The notes under the pieces: model-generated
Told to the model about the DNA's origin: nothing
Databases searched by the model: none
What the model saw: the letters and a program-made list of their open reading frames with translations, nothing else
Part shown: positions 19,764-28,754 of the stretch, in pieces
How positions within the stretch are numbered: the first letter of the stretch is position 1
Layout: every line of letters starts with the position of its first letter
Source: a bacterium
GTDB taxonomy: Bacteria > Electryoneota > Electryoneia > Electryoneales > Electryoneaceae
Length of the DNA stretch: 64,000 nucleotides
Direction: 5' to 3'
NCBI GenBank assembly: GCA_963675295.2
Contig: CAXXKJ010000002.1
Span: 3,200,001-3,264,000 of the forward strand
Translations under genes and position numbers: made by a program

Positions 19764-21584
19764 ATGCGTATTGTGATTCTTTTGACTCTGTTTATGCTTC
19801 TACCTGGTGTAGGGGCTGGACAGAATTGGATCGAACATGCTGTGGACGAGAATTTCGATCGGGCAAGCTATGTACACGCATCGGATATGGACGGTGATGG
19901 TGACACCGATGTGCTCGGAGTGGGCGACTACACTAATACCATTTCGTGGTGGGAAAATGTTAACGGAACAGGTACGGACTGGACAGAGCATCTCGTAAGT
20001 GGATCCTTTACTGTTGCGAGATCAGCACACGCTGCAGACCTCGACAATGATGGCGATATGGATGTGATTGGAGCAGCTGAAAATGATGGAGTTGTCTGGT
20101 GGGAAAACATCGATGGAACGGGCACAAACTGGACAGAACACATCGTTGACAGCAATCTGGATAGAGCAATTTCAGCGATTGTAGCCGATATCGATGGGGA
20201 TGGGGATGCCGATGTGCTTGCTGCGGTGTCGGACGATAACATGATTGCCTGGTGGGAAAACACGGATGGATCAGGCACAAACTGGATTGAAAATGAGATT
20301 GACAATACCTTTACGGGAGCGCATTCCGTATTTACGGCAGACGTTGACGGCGATGGAGACTGTGATGTTATAGGTGCGGCCTGGTCCGATGGGGAGATCA
20401 CCTGGTGGGAGAATGCGAATGGCTTGGGTACAGTCTGGAATGAGCAAGTCATAGATGGTGAACTAAGTCTTGCACGAACTGTATACGCCTCAGATATGGA
20501 TGGTGACAACGACATCGATGTGCTCGGAGCCATACGCGGTGACGACGTCATTGTGTGGTGGGAAAATGCCGATGGCGCAGGGACACTTTGGAGCGAGCAT
20601 ACGATTGCGGGTGATTTTGATGGTGCAAACTCAGTGTTCGCGGCAGATGTTGATGGCGACGGTGACAACGATGTTCTGGGGACCGCAGTTTATGCTGACG
20701 ACATCACATGGTGGGAAAACATTGACGGAAGTGGTACGATCTGGAATACAAACTGTTTGGATAGTGAATTCGATTACGCAAGGTCTGCGTATGCATCAGA
20801 TGTAGACAATGATGGAGATATTGACATCATCGGCGCGGCTCTTGATGCAAATGAAATATCCTGGTGGGAGAATCAATCCTACCTGACCATTGAACTTGAA
20901 CCGTACGGTACACCCATAGTCATTCCAAGTCAGGGTGGAAGCTTCGATTTCCTTGTTCGGATCGTGAACACATCGAGCCAGGTCCGGTGGTTCTCGGCCT
21001 GGACCGAAGCAGTCCTTCCGAATGGGAATCTCGTAAGTCCAGTTCAGCTCAATAGCTATGTTGGGATCGGTCCCAACAGCGGATTTGCAGCGTTGGTATC
21101 GCAAGCTGTGCCAAGCTTCGCTCCAGCTGGAGAGTACGAGTTCATTGCCCGTCTTGGGACCTTTCCGAATCTTGCTGTGTCGGCGGATTCGTTCGGCTTC
21201 ACGAAATCCGCGGTTGATATCGTTCATTCAGCCGGTTCATCGAACTGGTCCGCAATTGGCTGGGATGAACTTGGTTGTGCCTGGGATATATCTCCACATG
21301 CAACGAATACTCCGTCGTGCGATTTTACTTCCGTATCAGTGTATCCGAACCCATTCAACGCGAGCACGGCGGTGACGGTGCAGCTCGGAGACGCGGCGGT
21401 GGTCAACGTGACCGTGTACGATCTGCTCGGGCGCGAGGTGGCGGTGCTGGCACGGGGTGAACATCCGGCGGGCGCACATCGGTTCGTGTTTGATTCGTCG
21501 CACCTGGCAAGTGGGCTGTATTTCGTGCGGGCGAGTGTGCCGGGCGAATTCGATCAGACACGGAAGGTGATGCTGGTCCGTTGA
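19764..21584 (+). CDS. Secreted FG-GAP/VCBS-repeat beta-propeller protein with T9SS-type CTD
   Basis: Seven repeats of (A/S)DxDxDGDxDVxG...WWENxxG.G..W; Ig-like module IPSQGGSFDF...APAGEY; YPNPFN...KVMLVR. Confidence 0.92.
   Translation: MRIVILLTLFMLLPGVGAGQNWIEHAVDENFDRASYVHASDMDGDGDTDVLGVGDYTNTISWWENVNGTGTDWTEHLVSGSFTVARSAHAADLDNDGDMDVIGAAENDGVVWWENIDGTGTNWTEHIVDSNLDRAISAIVADIDGDGDADVLAAVSDDNMIAWWENTDGSGTNWIENEIDNTFTGAHSVFTADVDGDGDCDVIGAAWSDGEITWWENANGLGTVWNEQVIDGELSLARTVYASDMDGDNDIDVLGAIRGDDVIVWWENADGAGTLWSEHTIAGDFDGANSVFAADVDGDGDNDVLGTAVYADDITWWENIDGSGTIWNTNCLDSEFDYARSAYASDVDNDGDIDIIGAALDANEISWWENQSYLTIELEPYGTPIVIPSQGGSFDFLVRIVNTSSQVRWFSAWTEAVLPNGNLVSPVQLNSYVGIGPNSGFAALVSQAVPSFAPAGEYEFIARLGTFPNLAVSADSFGFTKSAVDIVHSAGSSNWSAIGWDELGCAWDISPHATNTPSCDFTSVSVYPNPFNASTAVTVQLGDAAVVNVTVYDLLGREVAVLARGEHPAGAHRFVFDSSHLASGLYFVRASVPGEFDQTRKVMLVR
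21345..21578 (+). repeat. 234-bp direct repeat, copy 2 (CTD-coding)
   Basis: About 97% identical to 19272-19505. Confidence 0.95.
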
Positions 21585-21880
21585 TTTGATCGGTTGGGCC
21601 TGTGAACTGGTTAGTACAATCCCCAGTTCTGATCAACGAAAACAAGAAGACTTATTCGAGTTCCGGGTTTTTACAAAGGCCCGGAACTCCTTCTCTCTAC
21701 ACGGTTATGCACGGTGCAGTCCTGTTTCGTACTTTCAATTAACTGCCTGCTTGATGTTTGCTCGCACGAACATTCCAACTCACGGTTCAGGTACCCCTCC
21801 CCCCAGCCTGAATCTCTGAGCCGGCATGTTGCTTGTCTGTGTTTGCATGTTCCACGGACCCAGCACCACCAGGGAGGGTT

Positions 21881-22402
21881 ATGGACAGCACGCCATCCAG
21901 GACCGGAATGCTGATCGACCGATATTTCCAGTCCTTCGACACGCTGATTTACATCCTCGTCGCGATCTGCCTCATCATCACGGCCCTGTTCACGCTGTAC
22001 TCCGTTGGATTATCGATCATTCACTTTTTTGAAGACGCGGACATCCGTCATGCGATTGTGAACGTGATCGACAAGATCATGCTTGCGTTGATGATCATCG
22101 AGATCATGTACACCGTGCGGATCAGTCTGCAGTCGCACCAGCTTCAGCCGGAACCGTTCATCCTCGTCGGGATGATCGCCGCGATCCGGCGAATCCTGGT
22201 GATCAGCGTGGAATCGGGCTATCTCGTGCTGGCGGACCAGGAGGGGTTCCTCAACCTGCTGCTGGAGATCGCCGTGCTCGGTGTGCTGGTGATCCTGTTC
22301 GTTGTGGCCATTGTGCTGCTGCGGCGGGAGAAGATCCGTTCGTCTGGTGATGTTGTTGCGCAACATCATGGGGAAACAGCGGGCGAAGCTGCGACCAGTT
22401 GA
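21881..22402 (+). CDS. PsiE-like (phosphate-starvation-inducible E family) membrane protein
   Basis: ATG 21881 after GGGAGGG; four TM helices; IIEIMYTV and EPFILVGMIAAIRRILV motifs (PF06146). Confidence 0.85.
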   Translation: MDSTPSRTGMLIDRYFQSFDTLIYILVAICLIITALFTLYSVGLSIIHFFEDADIRHAIVNVIDKIMLALMIIEIMYTVRISLQSHQLQPEPFILVGMIAAIRRILVISVESGYLVLADQEGFLNLLLEIAVLGVLVILFVVAIVLLRREKIRSSGDVVAQHHGETAGEAATS

Positions 22403-22454
22403 CAGTTCGAACTCAACAAGATTAACGATAAACAACCTGAAGGGGGATCAGGCC

Positions 22455-23528
22455 ATGCCGACAACATCGTTGATACCCACCCCGGACTCGATTCCGATGC
22501 CGTGGTGGGTGTTTGAGGTGCTGGGCGACCTCACCTTTCTGATTCACATTGTGTTCATGAACGTCGTGCTCGGCGGAACACTGATCCTGCTGGCGGGCGG
22601 ATTCGGGCCGGTCAGGGAACAGCGGCTCGGGCACGCGTTGGTGGCGAAGACGCCGACGATGCTGGCGTTGACGATCACCTTCGGCGTCGCGCCGCTGCTG
22701 TTCGTGCAGGTGATCCTCGGGCACATGTTCTACACCAGCTCGATCCTGATGGCGACAGCGTGGATTCTGATCATCCCGATCCTGATCCTCGCGTACTACG
22801 GCAGCTACCTGTTCAAGCTGAATCATGACCAGAACAGTGGCCTTGCGGCGTTGGGGATGCTGCTTATGGTGGCCGGGCTGCTGTACATCTCCTTCATGTT
22901 CACCAACAACCTGTCGCTGGCGCAGCGTCCGGAAGTCTGGGGCGAGTATTTCAACAACCGCACCGGCTGGTTGCTGAACCTCAGCGACCCGACCCTGATC
23001 CCACGGTACCTGCACTTCCTCGTCGCGTCGGTGGCGATAGCCGGGCTGTTCTCCGCGATTGTGTGGCATGTACGTGGCAAACGCGGGCACCGGAACGTGA
23101 ACGACAAGGTCCAGCGTGGCCTCAAGCTGTTCGGGTTCGCGACGATCCTCGAGATCGCGATCGGGCTGTGGTGGATCATCGCCTTGCCGAAGGAGGTGAT
23201 GCTCGAGTTCATGGGTGGTGACATGCTGCGGACAATCGTCTTCGGGCTGGGATTCCTCCTGGCGATCGGGGCGCTGGTGGTCGCACTGCTGAACAAGCTG
23301 TGGCTGACCATCGGGCACGTCGCCGGGCTGCTGGTGCTGATGGTGATCCAGCGGTCGCTGCTGCGCTGGTCGTACCTCCGGGATGACACCTCGATGGCGG
23401 ACATCACCGTCACCCCGCAGTGGAGCGTATTCATCCTGTTCCTCGTTGTCTTTGTCATCGGTCTCGGGACGGTCTGGTACATGATCAAACAGGTTCAGGC
23501 GGTTGAAGCGAAAGGAGGTCAGTCATGA
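22455..23528 (+). CDS. Polytopic membrane partner subunit of a cytochrome bd-superfamily complex
   Basis: ATG 22455; about 9 TM helices; intramembrane His in TFLIHIVFMN and RYLHFLVAS; ITFGVAPLLFVQV; stop overlaps the next start (ATGA). Confidence 0.75.
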   Translation: MPTTSLIPTPDSIPMPWWVFEVLGDLTFLIHIVFMNVVLGGTLILLAGGFGPVREQRLGHALVAKTPTMLALTITFGVAPLLFVQVILGHMFYTSSILMATAWILIIPILILAYYGSYLFKLNHDQNSGLAALGMLLMVAGLLYISFMFTNNLSLAQRPEVWGEYFNNRTGWLLNLSDPTLIPRYLHFLVASVAIAGLFSAIVWHVRGKRGHRNVNDKVQRGLKLFGFATILEIAIGLWWIIALPKEVMLEFMGGDMLRTIVFGLGFLLAIGALVVALLNKLWLTIGHVAGLLVLMVIQRSLLRWSYLRDDTSMADITVTPQWSVFILFLVVFVIGLGTVWYMIKQVQAVEAKGGQS

Positions 23529-26161
23529 ACTTCCCAAGCTGGCTTCTGGAAGCGACGGGCGGCGGTGTGTTGATTGCGTTAATCGCGGTGCCGCATGTGT
23601 TCATCTCCCATCTCGCGGTGGGTGGCGGGATCTTCATCTGGCTGCTCGACCGGAAAGCGTTTAAGACCGGCGACACGCTGATCAACGACTTCCTGCGAAA
23701 GCACAACTGGGTCTTCCTGCTGACGACGATGATCTTCGGAGGGGTGTCCGGTGTCGGTATCTGGTTCATCATCGCGCTGGTACAACCGGCAGCGACATCC
23801 TCGCTGATTCACAACTTCGTCTTCGGTTGGGCGATCGAATGGGTGTTCTTCCTCGGTGAAGTTGTCGCATTGATCGTCTACCACTACTACTTCGACCGGC
23901 TGGAACGGAAGGCCCGGCTGAACGTGGCGTTCCTCTATGCCCTGTTCGCTTGGCTCAGCCTGTTCATCATCAATGGCATCCTGACGTTCATGCTGACGCC
24001 GGGCAAGTGGATCGAGACGCACAACTTCTGGCACGGGTTCCTCAACCCGGGCTACTTCGCGGCGTTGTTCTTCCGCACGTTTGCCGCGATCCTGATGGCC
24101 GGTGCGTTCGCGTACATCGTCGGGGCGTTCAACAAGGATGATGCGATCCACGACCGGTTCACCCGGATCGGGGCGCGCTGGTCGCTGGTTGGTCTGGTTG
24201 GCATGGTCCCGACCGGGTTCTGGTACTATTACACCACCCCGGCGGCGACACGGGCGATCTCGTTCGGGATGAACCCACAGCTGGGACCGTGGGTGACGAC
24301 AATGCTGGTGGCGACGGCGATCCTGGTCGTCTTTTCCCTGATCGGCGTGATGAAGCTCCCGCGTGGGATGCGGATGGGCCTGGCGGTGCTGACGGCACTG
24401 GCGGCGTTCGCGTGGATCGGCGGGTTCGAATACACCCGTGAATACGCCCGGAAGCCGTGGGTGATCTATGATACGATGTATTCCAACAGCTTCCTCGCCG
24501 GGGACGACGAGGTGTACGCCCAGTCCGGCGTATTATCGTCCGCGAAGTGGGTGCAGAACCACGCGGTGACGAAGGAGAACGAGCTCGCGGCAGGCCGGGA
24601 GCTGTTCGAGCTGGAATGCCTGGCATGCCACACCGTCGGTGGCCGAAGTGATGTTGCTGACCTGACCGCGGCCTACCCGTGGATGGGTGTCAAGTCGTTG
24701 CTGACCGGTCAGGGCAAGGCGCGTGGCTACATGCCGCCGTTCATCGGGAACGAGGTCGAGATGGACGCGTTGGCCAGCTACATCACCGCCGGCCTGCACA
24801 AGAAACCGATTGTGCGTGAGGTGGAACCGTCCGGCAGGGCCGGGGAGATCTACGACGAGCCGTTACCGCCGAAGCCGGACGACTATGTGCTGTTGTCGTG
24901 GATGCAGGTAGGCGGGATGCGTTGCGTGTCGGACGCGGACGCGTACTTCACGATCATGCCGCCGACGACGATCTTCGACGCGCAGCTGATCAAGCGTGGC
25001 GACCCGCCAGAGGTGATTACCGAGGGTGTCACGGTTACCTACGAAGCGCCAGAGCAGCACAAGCACCCGTCCCGGCACAGCAAGTTCTGGGACCACATCA
25101 CGTCACTGATGGGCACTGACACCTACAAGGACATGAACCCGAAGTCCGACGAGGCAATGTCCGGCGAGCTGAAGCTGGTGGAAGGGACGACGTGGTTCCG
25201 TGCCGGGAAGATCCCGACGGTTCCGTACCGGGATGACGGCGGCTATGATCCGTATCCGGTGTTCACCATCCGTGCGTTGGACGCCGACGGCAACCTGCTG
25301 GCGGAAACGCAGGCGGTGGGGTCGACGACGACGGAGATGGCGTGCAAGAACTGTCACGGCGGCGACTGGCGCGATCCGAATCTTGCGGGCATGAGTGACC
25401 AGACGGCGCGGAACATCCTCGCGGCGCACGACCGGCTGAGCGGCACGAACCTGCTGGCCGAGGCGGAGGCAGGCAACCCGCGCCGCTGCCAGAACTCGGC
25501 GTGTCACGGCGATCCGGCCCCGGGCATCCCGGACAACCCGGAGGTGTTGAGCATGTCGGCGGCGATGCACGGCTGGCACGCCAACTACATGTTCGCCGAA
25601 GGCATGGACGCCTGCACGATGTGCCACCCGAACGATTCGCGCGGGTTCACCCGTTGCTTCCGTGGGCTGCACGCGGATGTCGGGTTCGGTTGCGCCGACT
25701 GCCACGGGGAGATTCAGGACCACGCGATCGCGTTGCTGAAGGCTGAGGCGGACAAACCGGCAGCGGGTGTGTTGCTGGCGAACCTTGAGCCGGTGACGGC
25801 GGCGTCTGTGGACGAGATCAACCCGCGCAAGCCCTGGGGGCAGGAACCGGATTGCATGGGCTGTCACGCCGATTACCAGCCACCAGACGACTTCGCGTCA
25901 TTCAATAACTGGACCGAACCGGGGCAGGTGTACAAGAACCGGACGGACGATTCGGGGTCGTTGCGTTGCGTCGCCTGCCATGGCACGCCGCACGTGGTAT
26001 ACCCCGCGGTGAACGCGTTCGCCGGTGAGGTGATCGACAACATCCAGCCGTTGCAGTACCAGGACGAGCCACGCGTGATCGCGACCGGCGGACGCTGCAC
26101 CGTCTGCCACACGGTGATGCCCGAGTTCGAGCTGCATCACGATAATTCGTTGCGGCGGTAG
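23525..26161 (+). CDS. CydA-like (cytochrome bd superfamily) membrane subunit fused to c-type multiheme domains
   Basis: PHVFISHLAVGGG, WAIEWVFFLGE, GGFEYTREYARKPW (compare CydA GRQPW); heme motifs CLACH, CKNCH, CQNSACH, CTMCH, CADCH, CMGCH, CVACH, CTVCH. Confidence 0.87.
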   Translation: MNFPSWLLEATGGGVLIALIAVPHVFISHLAVGGGIFIWLLDRKAFKTGDTLINDFLRKHNWVFLLTTMIFGGVSGVGIWFIIALVQPAATSSLIHNFVFGWAIEWVFFLGEVVALIVYHYYFDRLERKARLNVAFLYALFAWLSLFIINGILTFMLTPGKWIETHNFWHGFLNPGYFAALFFRTFAAILMAGAFAYIVGAFNKDDAIHDRFTRIGARWSLVGLVGMVPTGFWYYYTTPAATRAISFGMNPQLGPWVTTMLVATAILVVFSLIGVMKLPRGMRMGLAVLTALAAFAWIGGFEYTREYARKPWVIYDTMYSNSFLAGDDEVYAQSGVLSSAKWVQNHAVTKENELAAGRELFELECLACHTVGGRSDVADLTAAYPWMGVKSLLTGQGKARGYMPPFIGNEVEMDALASYITAGLHKKPIVREVEPSGRAGEIYDEPLPPKPDDYVLLSWMQVGGMRCVSDADAYFTIMPPTTIFDAQLIKRGDPPEVITEGVTVTYEAPEQHKHPSRHSKFWDHITSLMGTDTYKDMNPKSDEAMSGELKLVEGTTWFRAGKIPTVPYRDDGGYDPYPVFTIRALDADGNLLAETQAVGSTTTEMACKNCHGGDWRDPNLAGMSDQTARNILAAHDRLSGTNLLAEAEAGNPRRCQNSACHGDPAPGIPDNPEVLSMSAAMHGWHANYMFAEGMDACTMCHPNDSRGFTRCFRGLHADVGFGCADCHGEIQDHAIALLKAEADKPAAGVLLANLEPVTAASVDEINPRKPWGQEPDCMGCHADYQPPDDFASFNNWTEPGQVYKNRTDDSGSLRCVACHGTPHVVYPAVNAFAGEVIDNIQPLQYQDEPRVIATGGRCTVCHTVMPEFELHHDNSLRR

Positions 26162-26195
26162 CACCGTATCTTAGTGTATACCGAGATAGTATCCG

Positions 26196-26227
26196 ACGAG
26201 GATGGCTCTTTTAGCCATCCTCGTTTT
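26196..26227 (+). terminator. Intrinsic terminator
   Basis: ACGAGGATGGCT-ctttt-AGCCATCCTCGT-TTT. Confidence 0.7.
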
Positions 26228-26351
26228 CGTGAGTAAGAAGTTGACGGTCTCTTTTTGTCTCGTCATCCTTGTCTGGGTTCATTTTGATGTTCACATTAAT
26301 AGTATCGGAACGCTAGATCAGTACCAGGTCATGATTTGAAACGGGGGAACA

Positions 26352-28496
26352 ATGAAACTGATCATCACCTTACTCCTGCTACTTTGCTGCGTGGTAGCAT
26401 CCTCGGCTCAAGACAGCCTGAGCATTGATATCGTCGGGTATGTGCCGAGTTGGGATGCGGGACACAGCATCGCAACGTCCGGATCCCTTGCCTACATATC
26501 GACCGATCTCACCGGCATCCGCATCCTGGACATTTCGGACAAAACAAACCCGCATGAAATTGGATTTTATAATATAGGCGGATCTTATGAAAAGATGAAA
26601 ATCTATAATGATGTTATGTATTGTGATAGAATGGGCGGGCTAGCTATTATAGATATAAGCGATCCTATGCACCCTTATGAATTAAATCATACATCATTAG
26701 GAGTTGTTAATGACTTTGTTTTTCATGATAATTATATCTATACAGCTCAAGGAAGCGCTGGATGGAGTATTATTGACATCAGTGACCCTTACAATCCTGA
26801 AACGATATATTATTTGAATACAGATTTTTCAGTATATTCAGTAAGATATTCCAGTGATTTTTTATATATATCTACAGAAGATGGATTAATGATTTATGAT
26901 ATTTCGACTCCGTCGTATCCAAACTACATCAGCACGATAGTTTTTCGTGATACATTCAGCTGTTTTGAGATAAGAGATGAAGTAATTTATTTTGTATCTG
27001 GTGCAGGTCTGACAGCGTATGATATCAGTGTTATTATCAATCCTATACTAATCGGTTCAACTGACGTCAGGTTGAGCACGAAATATTTTGAATTAATTGG
27101 TAACAAGATTTTTGGTGTAGGTACCAACAACTTATCAATATATTTAATAGATGATTATGGCAAACCACGGCTATTAAACTCGTACGACGGGATTTCTAAT
27201 GGTATTCACATGGAACTAGAATTTGATATTTCCACGTCTGAAATTTGCGCCTATGTTTTGACAGGAAGACCAGATGTTCACATCTTCCAGATATATCCAA
27301 ACAATGAGATTACTGAATTAGGATACGTGTCAGAGAAATGCAGTCCCAGAAATGTTGTCGTACGTGATAATCTCGCTTATCTCGCAAGCGCTGATTATGG
27401 TCTCAGGATCTACGACGTAAGTACACCCAGTATTCCAACGTTGGTTTCTAGTTACACGGATGTTGATGCTGTTCGGAATATTTATCTGGTTGACAACTAC
27501 GCATATCTATCAGCCTTTGGGGATGGGTTGGTTATCCTGGACATTTCTGATCCACTGAATCCTAGTTTCGTGGGAAGTATTGACCCTGGATGGTACTTGT
27601 CACAGTCGGCTTACGATGTTGTGGTTGTGGGCAACACAGCGTACATGGCGGACGCTGAGGGACTATTCATCATCGATGTAAGTGATCCTACAAATCCCTT
27701 AGAAATTGGATCACTTGAGACAGATTGGAGCTGCATGGCAGTTGATGTTGTTCAGTCTTATGCGTATCTCGCCAACGATCACGATGGGATGCTGGTTGTT
27801 GATATCAGCACAGATCCTGCAAATCCTGAGTTGGTTGCAGACATTGGAACTATTGGGTACGCAAAGGACCTCGATGTCGAGGGCAACTATGCATACGTTG
27901 CTGCCTACGTCGAAGGATTAACGGTAGTCGATATTACCAACCCCTATGATCCTCATCGAGTGGGTTGGTTTAACAATCCAGCCTCGGAATGGGCTCTTGG
28001 CGTGACCGTAGTTGATAATATTGCGTATATGGTCAGTTGCGGTGTTTACGCTCTGGATGTAAGTAATCCATCACAGCCTACGCAGGTTGGTCACATTGAA
28101 ACGACCTGGGCTGCAGATGATGTCTGTGTCGCAGGGAACTATGCTTATACTGCTGAACCCTTCTACATGAACATCATGGAGATTTCACCATTTGCTTCTG
28201 TCAGTCAGCATACAGACGGCAGAGTATCGCAGTCGTACACACTGCGTTCCGCCTATCCGAATCCGTTCAATGCTTCAACAACACTGAGATTCAGCTTGCG
28301 TCAAGAATCAACTGTCAATGTCCTGGTGTACAATACCACCGGAGCGACTATCCGAACACTGGCTTCAGGCTGGTATACTGCGGGTGATCACCATCTGTAT
28401 TTTGACGCGAGCAATCTGACGAGCGGGATGTATTTCGTTGAACTCACAATTCCCGGATACACTCGTGAGGTGCAGCGGATCACACTGGTAAAGTAA
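26352..28496 (+). CDS. Secreted LVIVD-repeat protein with T9SS-type CTD
   Basis: Signal peptide; many YAY(L/V)A...GL.I.D(I/V)SDP..P repeats (PF08309); AYPNPFN...RITLVK; markedly AT-rich body. Confidence 0.92.
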   Translation: MKLIITLLLLLCCVVASSAQDSLSIDIVGYVPSWDAGHSIATSGSLAYISTDLTGIRILDISDKTNPHEIGFYNIGGSYEKMKIYNDVMYCDRMGGLAIIDISDPMHPYELNHTSLGVVNDFVFHDNYIYTAQGSAGWSIIDISDPYNPETIYYLNTDFSVYSVRYSSDFLYISTEDGLMIYDISTPSYPNYISTIVFRDTFSCFEIRDEVIYFVSGAGLTAYDISVIINPILIGSTDVRLSTKYFELIGNKIFGVGTNNLSIYLIDDYGKPRLLNSYDGISNGIHMELEFDISTSEICAYVLTGRPDVHIFQIYPNNEITELGYVSEKCSPRNVVVRDNLAYLASADYGLRIYDVSTPSIPTLVSSYTDVDAVRNIYLVDNYAYLSAFGDGLVILDISDPLNPSFVGSIDPGWYLSQSAYDVVVVGNTAYMADAEGLFIIDVSDPTNPLEIGSLETDWSCMAVDVVQSYAYLANDHDGMLVVDISTDPANPELVADIGTIGYAKDLDVEGNYAYVAAYVEGLTVVDITNPYDPHRVGWFNNPASEWALGVTVVDNIAYMVSCGVYALDVSNPSQPTQVGHIETTWAADDVCVAGNYAYTAEPFYMNIMEISPFASVSQHTDGRVSQSYTLRSAYPNPFNASTTLRFSLRQESTVNVLVYNTTGATIRTLASGWYTAGDHHLYFDASNLTSGMYFVELTIPGYTREVQRITLVK

Positions 28497-28556
28497 AGCC
28501 TGGTTTGACTTTGGCGCATCTTAAGTTGAGCAGATAGCAGGGCACATTCGGCCGGT

Positions 28557-28627
28557 GTAGCCCGGGTTTGAAAACCCGGGTTTCATTTCTCCGTGATCAG
28601 AGACTCGAGGCTAAAGCCCCGGGCCAC
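28557..28627. repeat. REPIN-like pair of inverted GTAG/GTGG-led palindromes
   Basis: GTAG-CCCGGGTTTGAAAACCCGGG on +; on - GTGG-CCCGGGGCTTTAGCCTCGAG; lies between convergent genes. Confidence 0.6.
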
Positions 28628-28712
28628 CCACCGCGTTATCGGAGCCAACACTGGCAAGCTGGACGACACCGCAGCCCGCCGTCCGCCGTCCGCAGCCTTT
28701 CCACCACCCGTA

Positions 28713-28738
28713 TTACCACGGACTTAAGTCCGTGGTAA
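28713..28738. repeat. Perfect 26-bp palindrome
   Basis: TTACCACGGACTT|AAGTCCGTGGTAA. Confidence 0.85.
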
Positions 28739-28754
28739 GGTAGTAGCGTCACCC

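Noticed and set aside
19272-21578. Diversity-generating retroelement TR/VR pair
   Set aside because: The seven differences are T/C, C/T, G/C, A/G, A/G, T/C and A/G, so they are not adenine-specific and are mostly synonymous; both copies are coding; no reverse transcriptase is in the window.
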